Source: Candidatus Falkowbacteria bacterium
GTDB taxonomy: Bacteria; Patescibacteriota; Patescibacteriia; UBA11705
DNA: 64,000 bases
Reading direction: 5' to 3'
Assembly: GCA_003518055.1 (NCBI GenBank)
Contig: DOZJ01000004.1
Span: forward strand, 6,073 to 70,072
The position numbers were made by a program, and so were the translations under genes. Positions 28,779 through 38,605 of this stretch are shown here, piece after piece. The notes beneath the pieces were generated by a model. It did not search any database. It saw only the letters and a program-made list of their open reading frames with translations, and was not told the DNA's origin. Every line of letters starts with the position of its first letter. The first letter of the stretch is position 1.

Positions 28779-30170
28779 TCAAACCCCTTTAATGTGTAAT
28801 TCATTTAAAACTTCTTTTGATATTTCGCTCGGGGCCCCCATCATCAAATCCTTAGCGTCACCAGTTTTAGGAAACGCAATTACTTCTCGGATATTCTTTT
28901 CATTTAAAAGTATCGCGATGAGACGGTCCAGCCCTAATGCGATTCCACCATGTGGAGGCGGGGCGAAGCTAAAAGCCTCAAGCAAATGCCCAAAACGTAA
29001 ACTAATCTCAGTTTCATTTAATCCTAATATTTGGAACACCTTCTTTTGTAAATCACGTTCAAATATTCTTAGACTTCCGCCACCAACTTCAAACCCATTT
29101 AAGACAAGATCATATGCCTCCGCCCGCACCTTTTCTGGTTTTTCTTCCATCATGTTAATATCATCATTTTTTGGTCGAGTAAATGGATGGTGCACCGAAA
29201 CCATTTTTTTCTCCGTATCGCTATATTCAAATAAAGGGAAATCGATAATCCAACCGAATGCCAATAAATTTGGATCTTGCTCTGTGCGCAAGTCCGGTTT
29301 ATCACTTTTATACAATTTTTGTGCTTCCATATATGTTAAGCGTGGAAATGGTATTTGCTGCATTCTTAAATTCGGGAAAAGCTCTTTCACCAAATCAATC
29401 ATGGCTTTTTCTATCAATTGCAAGATATCTTCTTGATCTATAAAAGACATTTCTAAGTCAAATTGGGTAAATTCCGGTTGACGATCACCACGCTGATCTT
29501 CATCACGAAAACAGCGAACAACCTGGTAATAACGTTCAATTCCAGCAACCATTAGCAACTGCTTAAACTGTTGTGGTGATTGTGGTAAAACATAAAAATT
29601 CCCTTTATGAATCCGAGAAGGGATAACGAATTCGCGCGCACCCTCTGGCGTTCCCTTGGTCAGATAAGGCGTCTCAATTTCCCAGAAACCTTGTTTCGAA
29701 AAATAATTGCGTAAAAACAAATTTATTTCTTGCCTCTTTTTCAAATTGTTTTTTACTCGTTCACTACGAATATCCAAATACCGATATTTCAATCGCATGC
29801 CCTCACTCAATTCAAGAGTATTCTGCTCAACTTCAAAAGGCAAAGCTTCAGACTCTGAAATAATAAAAATATTTAAGACTAAAATTTCAATTCGATCCAG
29901 CTGCACTACAAAACTCTTTTGTTTATCACCCCTTTTTTGTACAATTCCGTTTATTTCAACCAACCAACCCAATCGAACGTTGCTCAAGACATCAATTGAG
30001 TGTTGATCCAAATCATTACCTACGCCGACTACCTGAACTACACCCGAACGATCCCTAATGTCTAAAAAAACAATCTTGCCCATATTACGTCTAGCTGCAA
30101 CCCAACCCTTAATCCAAACCGTCTCCCCTATTTTGCTGACTGCTTCTTCTAAAAAAATGTATTTACTCAT
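28779..30170 (-). CDS. aspS: Aspartate-tRNA ligase, short form lacking the GAD insertion
   Basis: OB fold, RLKYRYLDIR, TPEGAREF, LPQSPQ, FRDED, EFTQ, GGGSLRI, PPHGGIALGLDR. Confidence 0.95.
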   Translation of the reverse strand: MSKYIFLEEAVSKIGETVWIKGWVAARRNMGKIVFLDIRDRSGVVQVVGVGNDLDQHSIDVLSNVRLGWLVEINGIVQKRGDKQKSFVVQLDRIEILVLNIFIISESEALPFEVEQNTLELSEGMRLKYRYLDIRSERVKNNLKKRQEINLFLRNYFSKQGFWEIETPYLTKGTPEGAREFVIPSRIHKGNFYVLPQSPQQFKQLLMVAGIERYYQVVRCFRDEDQRGDRQPEFTQFDLEMSFIDQEDILQLIEKAMIDLVKELFPNLRMQQIPFPRLTYMEAQKLYKSDKPDLRTEQDPNLLAFGWIIDFPLFEYSDTEKKMVSVHHPFTRPKNDDINMMEEKPEKVRAEAYDLVLNGFEVGGGSLRIFERDLQKKVFQILGLNETEISLRFGHLLEAFSFAPPPHGGIALGLDRLIAILLNEKNIREVIAFPKTGDAKDLMMGAPSEISKEVLNELHIKGV

Positions 30171-30178
30171 AAATGTTT

Positions 30179-31153
30179 TTAGTAATCCTTTATTTGTTTT
30201 ATTATATTCTCAACTATTTTAACATTTTGCATTGCCTCATATGCTTCCGGTTCAAATTTTTTTCCCTTCATAATTGCCCAATAAAAATCGTTTAACTCTT
30301 TATTTTCAGCATCTTCAGCAACATAATCAATCTCTTTACGATTGAGACCACTATGCTTCTGAATAAACAATCCATTAAAAGGATCCACAAACAAACTACC
30401 TTTTGTACCAAAAAAATTTATATAAAATGTTTCCTGTAAAACATAGCTGGAAACTAAATGAACCAAACAACCATTATCCAGCTCAAATATCGAAGAAAAC
30501 GTTTCTGGATTTTCTGTTGTTAAAAACTTCTTTTGACATAAAGTCATAAAACTTTTACCTTCAAACCCGCAAACGAATCTGATCGTATCTATAATATGAA
30601 TTCCCATTTGAATTAGCGGCCCGCCATTACATGAAGTCCGATAATAACGCCAATTATTTTTATCAATCCGATATCCAATTGGTCTTGACCTGTTTCCATC
30701 GATTAGAATCAAATCCCCAAGAACACCAGAATTAACCATCTTTTTAGCTTTTCTAAATATAGAATAACGACGTACATTATGCCCTACAGCCAAAAGAGTT
30801 TTATTCTTTCTGCAAGCCTTCAAAATTTCGGCGCATTCAGATGACGTATTAGCAAGCGGCTTTTCAACAAAAATTTTCTTCCCTGCTTTGGCCGCAGCTA
30901 CAATTTGTTCCTTATGATATTGATTTGGAGAAAAAATAAAAACAACCTTTATCTGACTATTTACCAAAATTTTCTGAAAATCGTCAACCCCCAAACAATT
31001 TAATTTCATTGCCGTAGAATGTGTTTTATTCTTATCTGAATCAAAAACAGTCAAAATATTAAATTTATTTGTTTTTTTTATTTTCTGAATCATTTGTTGC
31101 CCCCACCAACCTAACCCAATAACAGCACAACCTATCTTATTTTTTTCTTTCAT
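30179..31153 (-). CDS. Gfo/Idh/MocA family NAD(P)-dependent oxidoreductase
   Basis: IGLGWWG, VEKP, GHNVR, GGPLIQMGIH. Confidence 0.92.
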   Translation of the reverse strand: MKEKNKIGCAVIGLGWWGQQMIQKIKKTNKFNILTVFDSDKNKTHSTAMKLNCLGVDDFQKILVNSQIKVVFIFSPNQYHKEQIVAAAKAGKKIFVEKPLANTSSECAEILKACRKNKTLLAVGHNVRRYSIFRKAKKMVNSGVLGDLILIDGNRSRPIGYRIDKNNWRYYRTSCNGGPLIQMGIHIIDTIRFVCGFEGKSFMTLCQKKFLTTENPETFSSIFELDNGCLVHLVSSYVLQETFYINFFGTKGSLFVDPFNGLFIQKHSGLNRKEIDYVAEDAENKELNDFYWAIMKGKKFEPEAYEAMQNVKIVENIIKQIKDY

Positions 31154-31160
31154 ACTGCAA

Positions 31161-31940
31161 TTATATTCTATTTTCTAAATAATGTTGATATAAATTTACA
31201 GGAAGATTGAATTGCCCATCAGTATATTTAATAAGTTCTTTTTTGATTTTTGAAAAATTTTTTTCCCGTTTAATAACAGCATTTCGGTTAAATTTACAAA
31301 ATAACGCTAAAGATTGCAACTCTTCATTGTTCTTCCACGGAACCCAACTTAAACCCTTTAACAATCTTATTTTATTTTTAGAATCTGGGTATGGCTCAAT
31401 ATTTAACAAATAAACTAAATCTAAAATGGAATCAAAACAATATGATAAAAGCTGTTGTGCTGAAAAATAATCCTTTCGTAATAGAAATTTTGATAAGTGG
31501 GTTGTAGTTTTAAGCCCCCGCCAGTCGTCCGAAAATTCAAGAATAACACTAAGGGCTACAAATTTATTAATTATTTTCCCGACAATCTCTTTTTTCCAAT
31601 ATTCTTTCTTAATTGCTATGATTTGCTTCAAATTTTTCTGTCTATCATAGATAATTCTCTCATCCCAAAAAGCAAAAAACATTTCGCATGACCATTCATC
31701 CAGAAACTGCTTCAAAGTTATAATTCTTACATCAAACAACTTATTATCTTTATAGTACTTACCATGAGGTATGTTTTTAGTTGTTTTTTTTACTATCACG
31801 ACAATATCAATATCAGATAAAACATCAAAATCACAACGACCATAACTTCCAGTCAAAATAGCACCCAGGCAATTTGTATTACCTCTCAAATCAACGACAT
31901 AATCATTAAGATAAAAAGGTGACTTAAACATAATTTTCAA
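31161..31940 (-). CDS. Pol-beta superfamily nucleotidyltransferase with helical C-terminal domain
   Basis: GSYGR...SDIDIVV...D motif. Confidence 0.8.
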   Translation of the reverse strand: MKIMFKSPFYLNDYVVDLRGNTNCLGAILTGSYGRCDFDVLSDIDIVVIVKKTTKNIPHGKYYKDNKLFDVRIITLKQFLDEWSCEMFFAFWDERIIYDRQKNLKQIIAIKKEYWKKEIVGKIINKFVALSVILEFSDDWRGLKTTTHLSKFLLRKDYFSAQQLLSYCFDSILDLVYLLNIEPYPDSKNKIRLLKGLSWVPWKNNEELQSLALFCKFNRNAVIKREKNFSKIKKELIKYTDGQFNLPVNLYQHYLENRI

Positions 31941-32937
31941 TACATTTTTGACTAATATCTGAAATTTTCCGACAGTTAGAAAATAACATAGCTTTTACTA
32001 GTTCATTTTGCATTTTCCTCAACAAAGAAATAAGGCCTGGTCTACCACCACCAACAACTGCATATACGGCCTCCCGGCCTATTAACACCCCATCCGCACC
32101 CAAGGCCAAACAAATGAAAGTTTCAAAACCATTTGAAATACCACCATCAACAAGAATTGTCATTTTCCCTTTGAACGTTTTAGCTATTTGCGATAAAACT
32201 GACAATGGAGCCGCTGCATAATCAAAAGACCGCCCTCCATGGTTTGAGACAACAACGCCATCGTAACCACAATCATGAGCGATTTGAGCATCATTTAAGC
32301 TCAAAATTCCTTTTAAAAACATAGGCCCATGATATAACAATCGTATTTCTTTTAACTCCTTTGCGTTTTTTCTAAAAACTTTTTTTTCATTTGATAGAAA
32401 CACACCACCAATACCATCCAAATCAATACCAATTACTTTAACATGAACTTTTTTCAATAACATTATACGTTTTTTTATTTCATCAAAACTTCTGGGTTTA
32501 CAAACAGCAATCCCATCGTTTTGGCTCAACAACTCTGGAACATCATAATTCTGTGTTGTATCAAAGCTATCTCCACACATTCCAATCATCCCACATTTAG
32601 AACAACTAGTAAGGATCATCTTTAAAAACACTTTTTCACTAATGAAACCATTAAGATTAGATTTAATTCCACTCATGGGAGCAACCATAATTGGCGCTGA
32701 CAAATCAAAACCAAATAAAAAACTTGTTGTGTCGGGGGTAAAATTATCCCCAATAATCTGTGATTTAATCTGGTAATTCTCAAACATTTTTTTATTACGC
32801 GTATACGAAACGCCACTGCCAGCCCATCCTAAACCTGGTAAACTCATCATGCCAGAACAATAATCATTACCTGCCCTCCCACTCAATCTTTCCATTTTTT
32901 TTCTACCATTTTTTATAATCTTATCAAAATTAACCAT
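31924..32937 (-). CDS. FMN-dependent alpha-hydroxy acid oxidase family protein
   Basis: APM, LKGI, VSNHGGR, DGGI, IGR. Confidence 0.9.
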   Translation of the reverse strand: MVNFDKIIKNGRKKMERLSGRAGNDYCSGMMSLPGLGWAGSGVSYTRNKKMFENYQIKSQIIGDNFTPDTTSFLFGFDLSAPIMVAPMSGIKSNLNGFISEKVFLKMILTSCSKCGMIGMCGDSFDTTQNYDVPELLSQNDGIAVCKPRSFDEIKKRIMLLKKVHVKVIGIDLDGIGGVFLSNEKKVFRKNAKELKEIRLLYHGPMFLKGILSLNDAQIAHDCGYDGVVVSNHGGRSFDYAAAPLSVLSQIAKTFKGKMTILVDGGISNGFETFICLALGADGVLIGREAVYAVVGGGRPGLISLLRKMQNELVKAMLFSNCRKISDISQKCIENYV

Positions 32938-34084
32938 ATAATTTGATCGCTTTCTCTAATATTGTTATTGCAAAATCAATATCTGTCTTAGTAATAATAA
33001 ATGGTGGTAACATCCGTATAACATTTTTATTAACAACATCCAATAAAAGTCCGTTATCAAAACAAAATTCAACAATCTCATTGGCGTTTAATCCGACTTC
33101 TATGCCCAGCATTAAACCCATACCCCGTATTTCGATTATAGTTTTGTATTTAATTTGTAGGGACTTCAAACGTCGAAACAAATAATCTGCTTTTTCATTT
33201 ATACTCCTAATATTCTTTTTTTTATCAAGGTAATCTAGAATATAACATCCTGCAGCGCAAGCCACAGAATTCCCCCCCATGGTACAACCATGATCTCCAG
33301 GTTTTATCACGTCGGCGATGGATTTCCGCATCAAAGTGGCCGCCAACGGGAACCCGCCCCCAAGAGATTTTGCAAGAGTAAGGATATCTGGTTTTAATTG
33401 AATTTTCTTTGATAATAACACCGACCCGCAACGACCCAACCCAGTCTGAACCTCATCAACAAATATTAGACATCCAGTTTTTTTACATTTTTGTTGTATC
33501 AAACGAACCAATTTTCTGTCCATAAGACGAATTCCACCGTGCCCTTGTAATAATTCCACATGAACAGCCAATGTCTTGCTGGAAAAAACATCTAAAAAAG
33601 CTGCACAATCATTTAATGGGATTCTTTTGATTTTAATCTTTTCAACTCTTTTCAGATTTGTCAAAGAACGTGAACCGTATGTTCTACCGACAAACGAACC
33701 ATTAAAAGAAATTAATTCATCTTGATTTTTTAATACAGTTTCGTGATATTTTTTAATGAAAACCAACGCCGCTTCATTTGCTTCTGTCCCACTATTAGAA
33801 AAAAACACACGATCCAATGAACTCATTTTTACAAGTTTTTTTGCTAAATTTATTTGCGACTCTGTAAAATAATAATTTGAAGCATGGACAACCTTATCAA
33901 TCTGACTTTTCATTACCATCTTTAATTCTTCATTAGAAAACCCCAGATTATTAATTGAAATTCCACTAATAAAATCTAGGTATCTCCGCCCACGATCGCC
34001 AAAGAGACTAACAACACTACCTGATTCAACAATCAAGGGTTTCTTATTATAGTTATTAACAAATAATTTTTGTTCAATCCCCAT
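32930..34084 (-). CDS. Class III PLP aminotransferase (ArgD-like)
   Basis: YLDF, NSGTEANE, DEVQTGLGRCG, LAKSLGGG, HGCTMGGN. Confidence 0.92.
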   Translation of the reverse strand: MGIEQKLFVNNYNKKPLIVESGSVVSLFGDRGRRYLDFISGISINNLGFSNEELKMVMKSQIDKVVHASNYYFTESQINLAKKLVKMSSLDRVFFSNSGTEANEAALVFIKKYHETVLKNQDELISFNGSFVGRTYGSRSLTNLKRVEKIKIKRIPLNDCAAFLDVFSSKTLAVHVELLQGHGGIRLMDRKLVRLIQQKCKKTGCLIFVDEVQTGLGRCGSVLLSKKIQLKPDILTLAKSLGGGFPLAATLMRKSIADVIKPGDHGCTMGGNSVACAAGCYILDYLDKKKNIRSINEKADYLFRRLKSLQIKYKTIIEIRGMGLMLGIEVGLNANEIVEFCFDNGLLLDVVNKNVIRMLPPFIITKTDIDFAITILEKAIKLYG

Positions 34085-34088
34085 AATC

Positions 34089-35237
34089 TTAGTATGTCAT
34101 CCTTTTTTCAAATTCTAATTCTACTTTTTCTAAAATAGACGCAATTTTCTTCCCAGCGCTACCATCCCCATAATATTCATTCCGTTTGTATTTTCCATGT
34201 ATCAATTGTTTCCGTATAGCGTTTATAATTTTATTTTTATCCATTGAGCAATCGATAACATTTTGACATCTTAATCTCCCTATTTGACGATTACCCACAT
34301 TAACAGACGGTACACCCAGGAATGATGATTCTCTTATTCCCACGCTCGAATTGCCTACAATACATTTTGAATTTTTTATTAACAACAAATAATCATCGGC
34401 ATTAAAATGCTTAAAAAAATGAATTTTACCGACCTTATCCATAGATTTAAAATTCAAAATTTCTTTTCGCAAAATATCTCCACCCGCATCAATATTTGGA
34501 TACATCCAAATAGTCTGCAATCCTATTATCTTTATTGCTTCTAACAAAACACGAAAATTACGAACATTCTCAATAATGTTTTTTTCAGTCGTTACGGGAT
34601 GAAAAGAAACTAGCAAATAATTATCCCCTAAAATAAACCTTTTTTCATAATCTCCCGAATCTTTTGATATAAAGATTTCTTTAGGATCATTTTTAGGTAA
34701 CCTACGACAAATATCTATTGTTGGACAACCAGTTACGAACACATTTTTTTTATCTTCTCCCATTTTAATTACACGCTTAGCACAATCTTTATTTGAAACA
34801 AAATGCAAATTAGCGAACTTAGTAATAGCATGACGAACACTATCGTCAATCGATCCTGTTATTTCACCACCTTGAATATGAGCCAAAGATATGTTCATAT
34901 AACGTGCCGCAATGGCCGCCGCCAAGGCTTCATAACGATCAGCAATCACGACAACCACATCTGGCCTATCGTGTACCAATTCAACAGCCAAATCAATCAC
35001 AGCTAAACCGGTAGATTTAGTCATCGTCAAAAGGTTGCTCCCTGAAATATTAGTATACAACACAGAAACATTGTTTGTGATTTTATTTATTTCATCTAAA
35101 ACTCCTCCATGATCTTGAATAGCCGCTGCTTCGAACACGATAATACGATAGCTATTATCTGGCAAATATTTAATAATCGGCCGCACCCTAGCAAAGTGGG
35201 CTCTGTTCCCAACAACAAAAGCGATTTTTCTTAGCAT
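34089..35237 (-). CDS. neuC: UDP-GlcNAc 2-epimerase, hydrolysing (NeuC family)
   Basis: NRA, ADRYE, HIQGGE, IDD..RHAITK, HPVT, YPNIDAG, GNSS, RQ.GR. Confidence 0.9.
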   Translation of the reverse strand: MLRKIAFVVGNRAHFARVRPIIKYLPDNSYRIIVFEAAAIQDHGGVLDEINKITNNVSVLYTNISGSNLLTMTKSTGLAVIDLAVELVHDRPDVVVVIADRYEALAAAIAARYMNISLAHIQGGEITGSIDDSVRHAITKFANLHFVSNKDCAKRVIKMGEDKKNVFVTGCPTIDICRRLPKNDPKEIFISKDSGDYEKRFILGDNYLLVSFHPVTTEKNIIENVRNFRVLLEAIKIIGLQTIWMYPNIDAGGDILRKEILNFKSMDKVGKIHFFKHFNADDYLLLIKNSKCIVGNSSVGIRESSFLGVPSVNVGNRQIGRLRCQNVIDCSMDKNKIINAIRKQLIHGKYKRNEYYGDGSAGKKIASILEKVELEFEKRMTY

Positions 35238-35292
35238 AAAATAAATAATATTATACTCCTATAATCATTCATAAATAAAATCACAAAAATGA

Positions 35293-36588
35293 TTACGGCG
35301 TTATCCGATTTATCATCCTCGGAAATGGAATAGTCTCCCTCACATGATGAATACCGCACATCCAGCGGGTCAATCTTTCAATCCCCATACCAAAACCGCA
35401 ATGAGGCACTGATCCGTATTTGCGCAAATCCAAATACCACTCAAAATCCGCCATTGGCAATTTCGCTTCTTCCATTCGTTGTTTTAATACCTGATAATCA
35501 TCTTCTCTCTGCGACCCGCCGATAATTTCCCCAAACCCTCTCGCCGCCAGCATGTCCGCGTTCAAAACCAAATCAGGATTGGCCGGATGCCGTTTCATGT
35601 AAAATGGTTTTATTTCTTTCGGCCAATTTTTCACTATAACAGGAACTGCCGAATCATTGGTCAATAATTCTTCATCATCAGCGCCAAGATCATCGCCATA
35701 TTTAATATCTGAACCGCGTTTTTGCAGTTCTTCAATCGCCGCCCCGTATTCATAATGAATAAACGGCTGATCAACAATCGCTTGAAGTTCTGTGGTGTCG
35801 CGTTCCAACATCTTCAATTCTTCCTGACCGTGCTCTAAAACATATTTTGCCAAATACTTAACTGCCGCTTCTTGAATTTTCAAACTGTCTTCATGCTCGC
35901 AAAAAGCGATTTCCGGATTCAATGACCAAAACTCCGTTAAATGTTTTCGGGTCTTTGATTTTTCCGCTCGAAAATTTGGACATAAATCATAAACTTTACC
36001 AAAAGACATTGCTAAGGCTTCCAAATATAGCTGCCCATTCTGAGTTAAGTAAGCTTTCCGATCAAAATACTCCACTTCAAACAAATCCGAGGTACCTTCA
36101 CAGCTTGTCGGCGTAAATGTCGGCGTATCCAACTCTTTATATCCATTATTATTAAAAAATTCCTGCAATCCCATTTTTACCAGATGACGAATTCGCAGCA
36201 CCGCCCACTGACTTTGCGCCCGGAGCCACAAATGTCTATTGTTCAACAAAAAATCCGGTCCATGCTCTTTCTTGCCGATCGGATATTCCTCCGCTATCTG
36301 AACAATCTTCAAATCAGTCACCTGCAATTCAAAAACATCATCTTGCTTCGGATGCTTTGTCACTTTACCCTGAATTTCCACCGATGATTCCAGCGTCAAC
36401 TTTTCCACCTGAACCCAAATTTCCGACGATAACTGATCTTTCACCGCTACCGCCTGAGCAAAACCGCTGCCGTCGCGGACTTGCAAAAAGGCAATTGCTC
36501 CTGAAGACCGCAAATTATAAACCCAGCCCTTGATTAAAACTGTTTGATCTTGGTTGTCTCTAAAATCTTTGATGTAGCTCTGCTGCAT
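35293..36588 (-). CDS. asnS: Asparagine-tRNA ligase
   Basis: RHLWLR, CEGT, GQLYLE, FRAEKSKTRKHLTEFW, EIIGGSQRE, WYLDLRKYG. Confidence 0.96.
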   Translation of the reverse strand: MQQSYIKDFRDNQDQTVLIKGWVYNLRSSGAIAFLQVRDGSGFAQAVAVKDQLSSEIWVQVEKLTLESSVEIQGKVTKHPKQDDVFELQVTDLKIVQIAEEYPIGKKEHGPDFLLNNRHLWLRAQSQWAVLRIRHLVKMGLQEFFNNNGYKELDTPTFTPTSCEGTSDLFEVEYFDRKAYLTQNGQLYLEALAMSFGKVYDLCPNFRAEKSKTRKHLTEFWSLNPEIAFCEHEDSLKIQEAAVKYLAKYVLEHGQEELKMLERDTTELQAIVDQPFIHYEYGAAIEELQKRGSDIKYGDDLGADDEELLTNDSAVPVIVKNWPKEIKPFYMKRHPANPDLVLNADMLAARGFGEIIGGSQREDDYQVLKQRMEEAKLPMADFEWYLDLRKYGSVPHCGFGMGIERLTRWMCGIHHVRETIPFPRMINRITP

Positions 36589-36726
36589 AAATTTAAGTTA
36601 ATTTACGGCTAAATTATACCCAATCTTTTCAAAAAAGTAAAATCCGTTCCCAAGACTTTGCTATCCATAAGGACTTGCTTATCCCCAACCTGACAAATCA
36701 ATATTAATTTGTTAAAATGTCTATAT

Positions 36727-37173
36727 ATGGAAAATACCCACCCCACAATTCAAGACGTCCTTCAAGCAGTCAATGCGACAACCGAATCAACAAACAAACA
36801 ATTCGCCCAAATTCAAGAACAATTTAATGATGTCTTGCAATCGGTAAACACAGCTTCTGAATTGACCCAGAAACAATTTGATCATGTTCAAGAACAATTT
36901 GATCACGTTCAAGGACAATTTGATCAGATGCAAGGCCAAATCACCGAAATAAATGAAACCATGGCCACGAAGGCTGACTTGGCCGATCTTGTTACCAAAG
37001 ACTACCTTGACAACAAACTCGCTGACCTGCGTGGCGATTTAGTTGTTTTAACGCGTAAAGAAGACACCAAACTAAAAAAACTGGTGGATATTTTGACCAC
37101 AAAAAATCTTCTTTCCCCGGAAGAAAAAGAAGTCATTTTTGCCTTGGAGCCATTTCCGAAAACTCGCTTATAA
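36727..37173 (+). CDS. Coiled-coil protein with heptad repeats
   Basis: QFDHVQE/QFDHVQG/QFDQMQG repeats, ATKAD, VTKDY. Confidence 0.75.
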   Translation: MENTHPTIQDVLQAVNATTESTNKQFAQIQEQFNDVLQSVNTASELTQKQFDHVQEQFDHVQGQFDQMQGQITEINETMATKADLADLVTKDYLDNKLADLRGDLVVLTRKEDTKLKKLVDILTTKNLLSPEEKEVIFALEPFPKTRL

Positions 37174-37194
37174 ATTAACCCCAGATTATATTCC

Positions 37195-37218
37195 AACATC
37201 CGCTACTGGATGTTTTTT
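37195..37218 (+). terminator. Intrinsic terminator
   Basis: AACATCC-GCTACT-GGATGTT plus T run. Confidence 0.65.
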
Positions 37219-37269
37219 ATTTTTAATTAATTTTTCATCCAACGCCCATTCGCATCATGGACACCCTAA

Positions 37270-37319
37270 AAGCTAACAGCTCTAAGCTAACAGCTCTAAG
37301 CTAACAGCTCTAAGCTAAC
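37270..37319. repeat. 14-bp tandem repeat AAGCTAACAGCTCT, about 3.5 copies
   Basis: Read directly. Confidence 0.9.
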
Positions 37320-37321
37320 TC

Positions 37322-38434
37322 CTACTTCACCCCTACATATCCGCCCCTAACGCCCTTTGGCGCTAAAACTATCTGCCACAATTGATTTTTGCGGCAGCGA
37401 AATGATCCGGCGCAGCTCAAAAGGTAAAATTCCCACATGCGGAAAAAATATGGCGGATAATTATCCTTGATTTCATTCCAATGACTTTTAAAATTTTCAT
37501 ACCAAGCCATCAGCGTTTTATCATAATCAACGCCGAAATTATGCCAATCTTCCATTACAAACAACCCCTCAAACGCTTTGGCTAATTGCTTGGCGCTCGG
37601 CAGCATGGAATTCGGGAAAATATACTTTTCAATCCATGAGTTGGTGCCGGTGACCGATTTATTGCCTCCGATGGTGTGAAGCAAAAACAAACCTGAATCC
37701 TTCAAACATCGCCTCACCATCTTCATATATATTCGATAATTTTTGTAGCCGACATGCTCAATCATCCCAAGCGATACAATATGATCAAACTTTTCATTCA
37801 CTTCTCGATAATCTTGCAGTCGAATTTCTATCGGTAATCCCTCGCATTTTTTCTCAGCTAATTCTTTTTGTTCCTTCGAAACCGTAATCCCGACAACCCG
37901 CGCTCCATATTTCTCCGCCGCGAATTTGGCAAAACTACCCCAGCCACAGCCAATATCCAACACCCGATCACCGGCTTTCAACCCGAGTTTTCGGCACACC
38001 AAATCAAGTTTGGCTTCTTGCGCTTCAGCCAGATTATTCGCCTTTGACCAATAACCGCAAGTATAAACCATTCTTCGATCAAGCATCCGCTTGTACAGAT
38101 CATTGCCAATATCATAATGCCTCTCTCCAATTTCAAACGCCTTTTTCTTCGATTGCGCATTTAAAACCCGAGACTTAACGATTGGCCACGCCAAGCTCAT
38201 CGGACTGATTTTTTTATCCAACTCCGCTGCGAGTAAACGAGAAATCAATTCATCTACTTTATCCGCGGACCACCAACCATCCATATACGATTCCCCAAAA
38301 CCGAGCGATCCCTGAGCCAAAATTCTGGTATAAGTTCTATTATCCTTGATTTGAATATCCCACGGCCGATCTCCATTAATTTTTACGTCCGCGAAATTCA
38401 ACCACCCTTGAATTTTTTGATGTAAATCACGCAT
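37322..38434 (-). CDS. cfa: Cyclopropane-fatty-acyl-phospholipid synthase
   Basis: GESYMDG, HYDIGNDLY, YTCGYW, LDIGCGWG, WIEKYIFP. Confidence 0.95.
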   Translation of the reverse strand: MRDLHQKIQGWLNFADVKINGDRPWDIQIKDNRTYTRILAQGSLGFGESYMDGWWSADKVDELISRLLAAELDKKISPMSLAWPIVKSRVLNAQSKKKAFEIGERHYDIGNDLYKRMLDRRMVYTCGYWSKANNLAEAQEAKLDLVCRKLGLKAGDRVLDIGCGWGSFAKFAAEKYGARVVGITVSKEQKELAEKKCEGLPIEIRLQDYREVNEKFDHIVSLGMIEHVGYKNYRIYMKMVRRCLKDSGLFLLHTIGGNKSVTGTNSWIEKYIFPNSMLPSAKQLAKAFEGLFVMEDWHNFGVDYDKTLMAWYENFKSHWNEIKDNYPPYFFRMWEFYLLSCAGSFRCRKNQLWQIVLAPKGVRGGYVGVK

Positions 38435-38605
38435 AAATCAATTAATTTATTCTTGTTTAATTATATCACGCCTAATTTTCTTGACAAAAAGCCCCCTACT
38501 GAAAATAACAATAATCAATTTTAATATAAATCTAATTTGACAAAAACACCATTTAATCATAATGTTCATCAAGGATCATTCACCCACTAAACCGGGAGTT
38601 GACTC

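Noticed and set aside
28465-29436. 323-aa plus-strand ORF
   Set aside because: Antisense shadow of aspS with no recognisable motifs; the same applies to the other overlapping antisense ORFs in the track.
34089-35237. Sialic acid/capsule locus
   Set aside because: No neuB, neuA, transferase or export genes adjacent.
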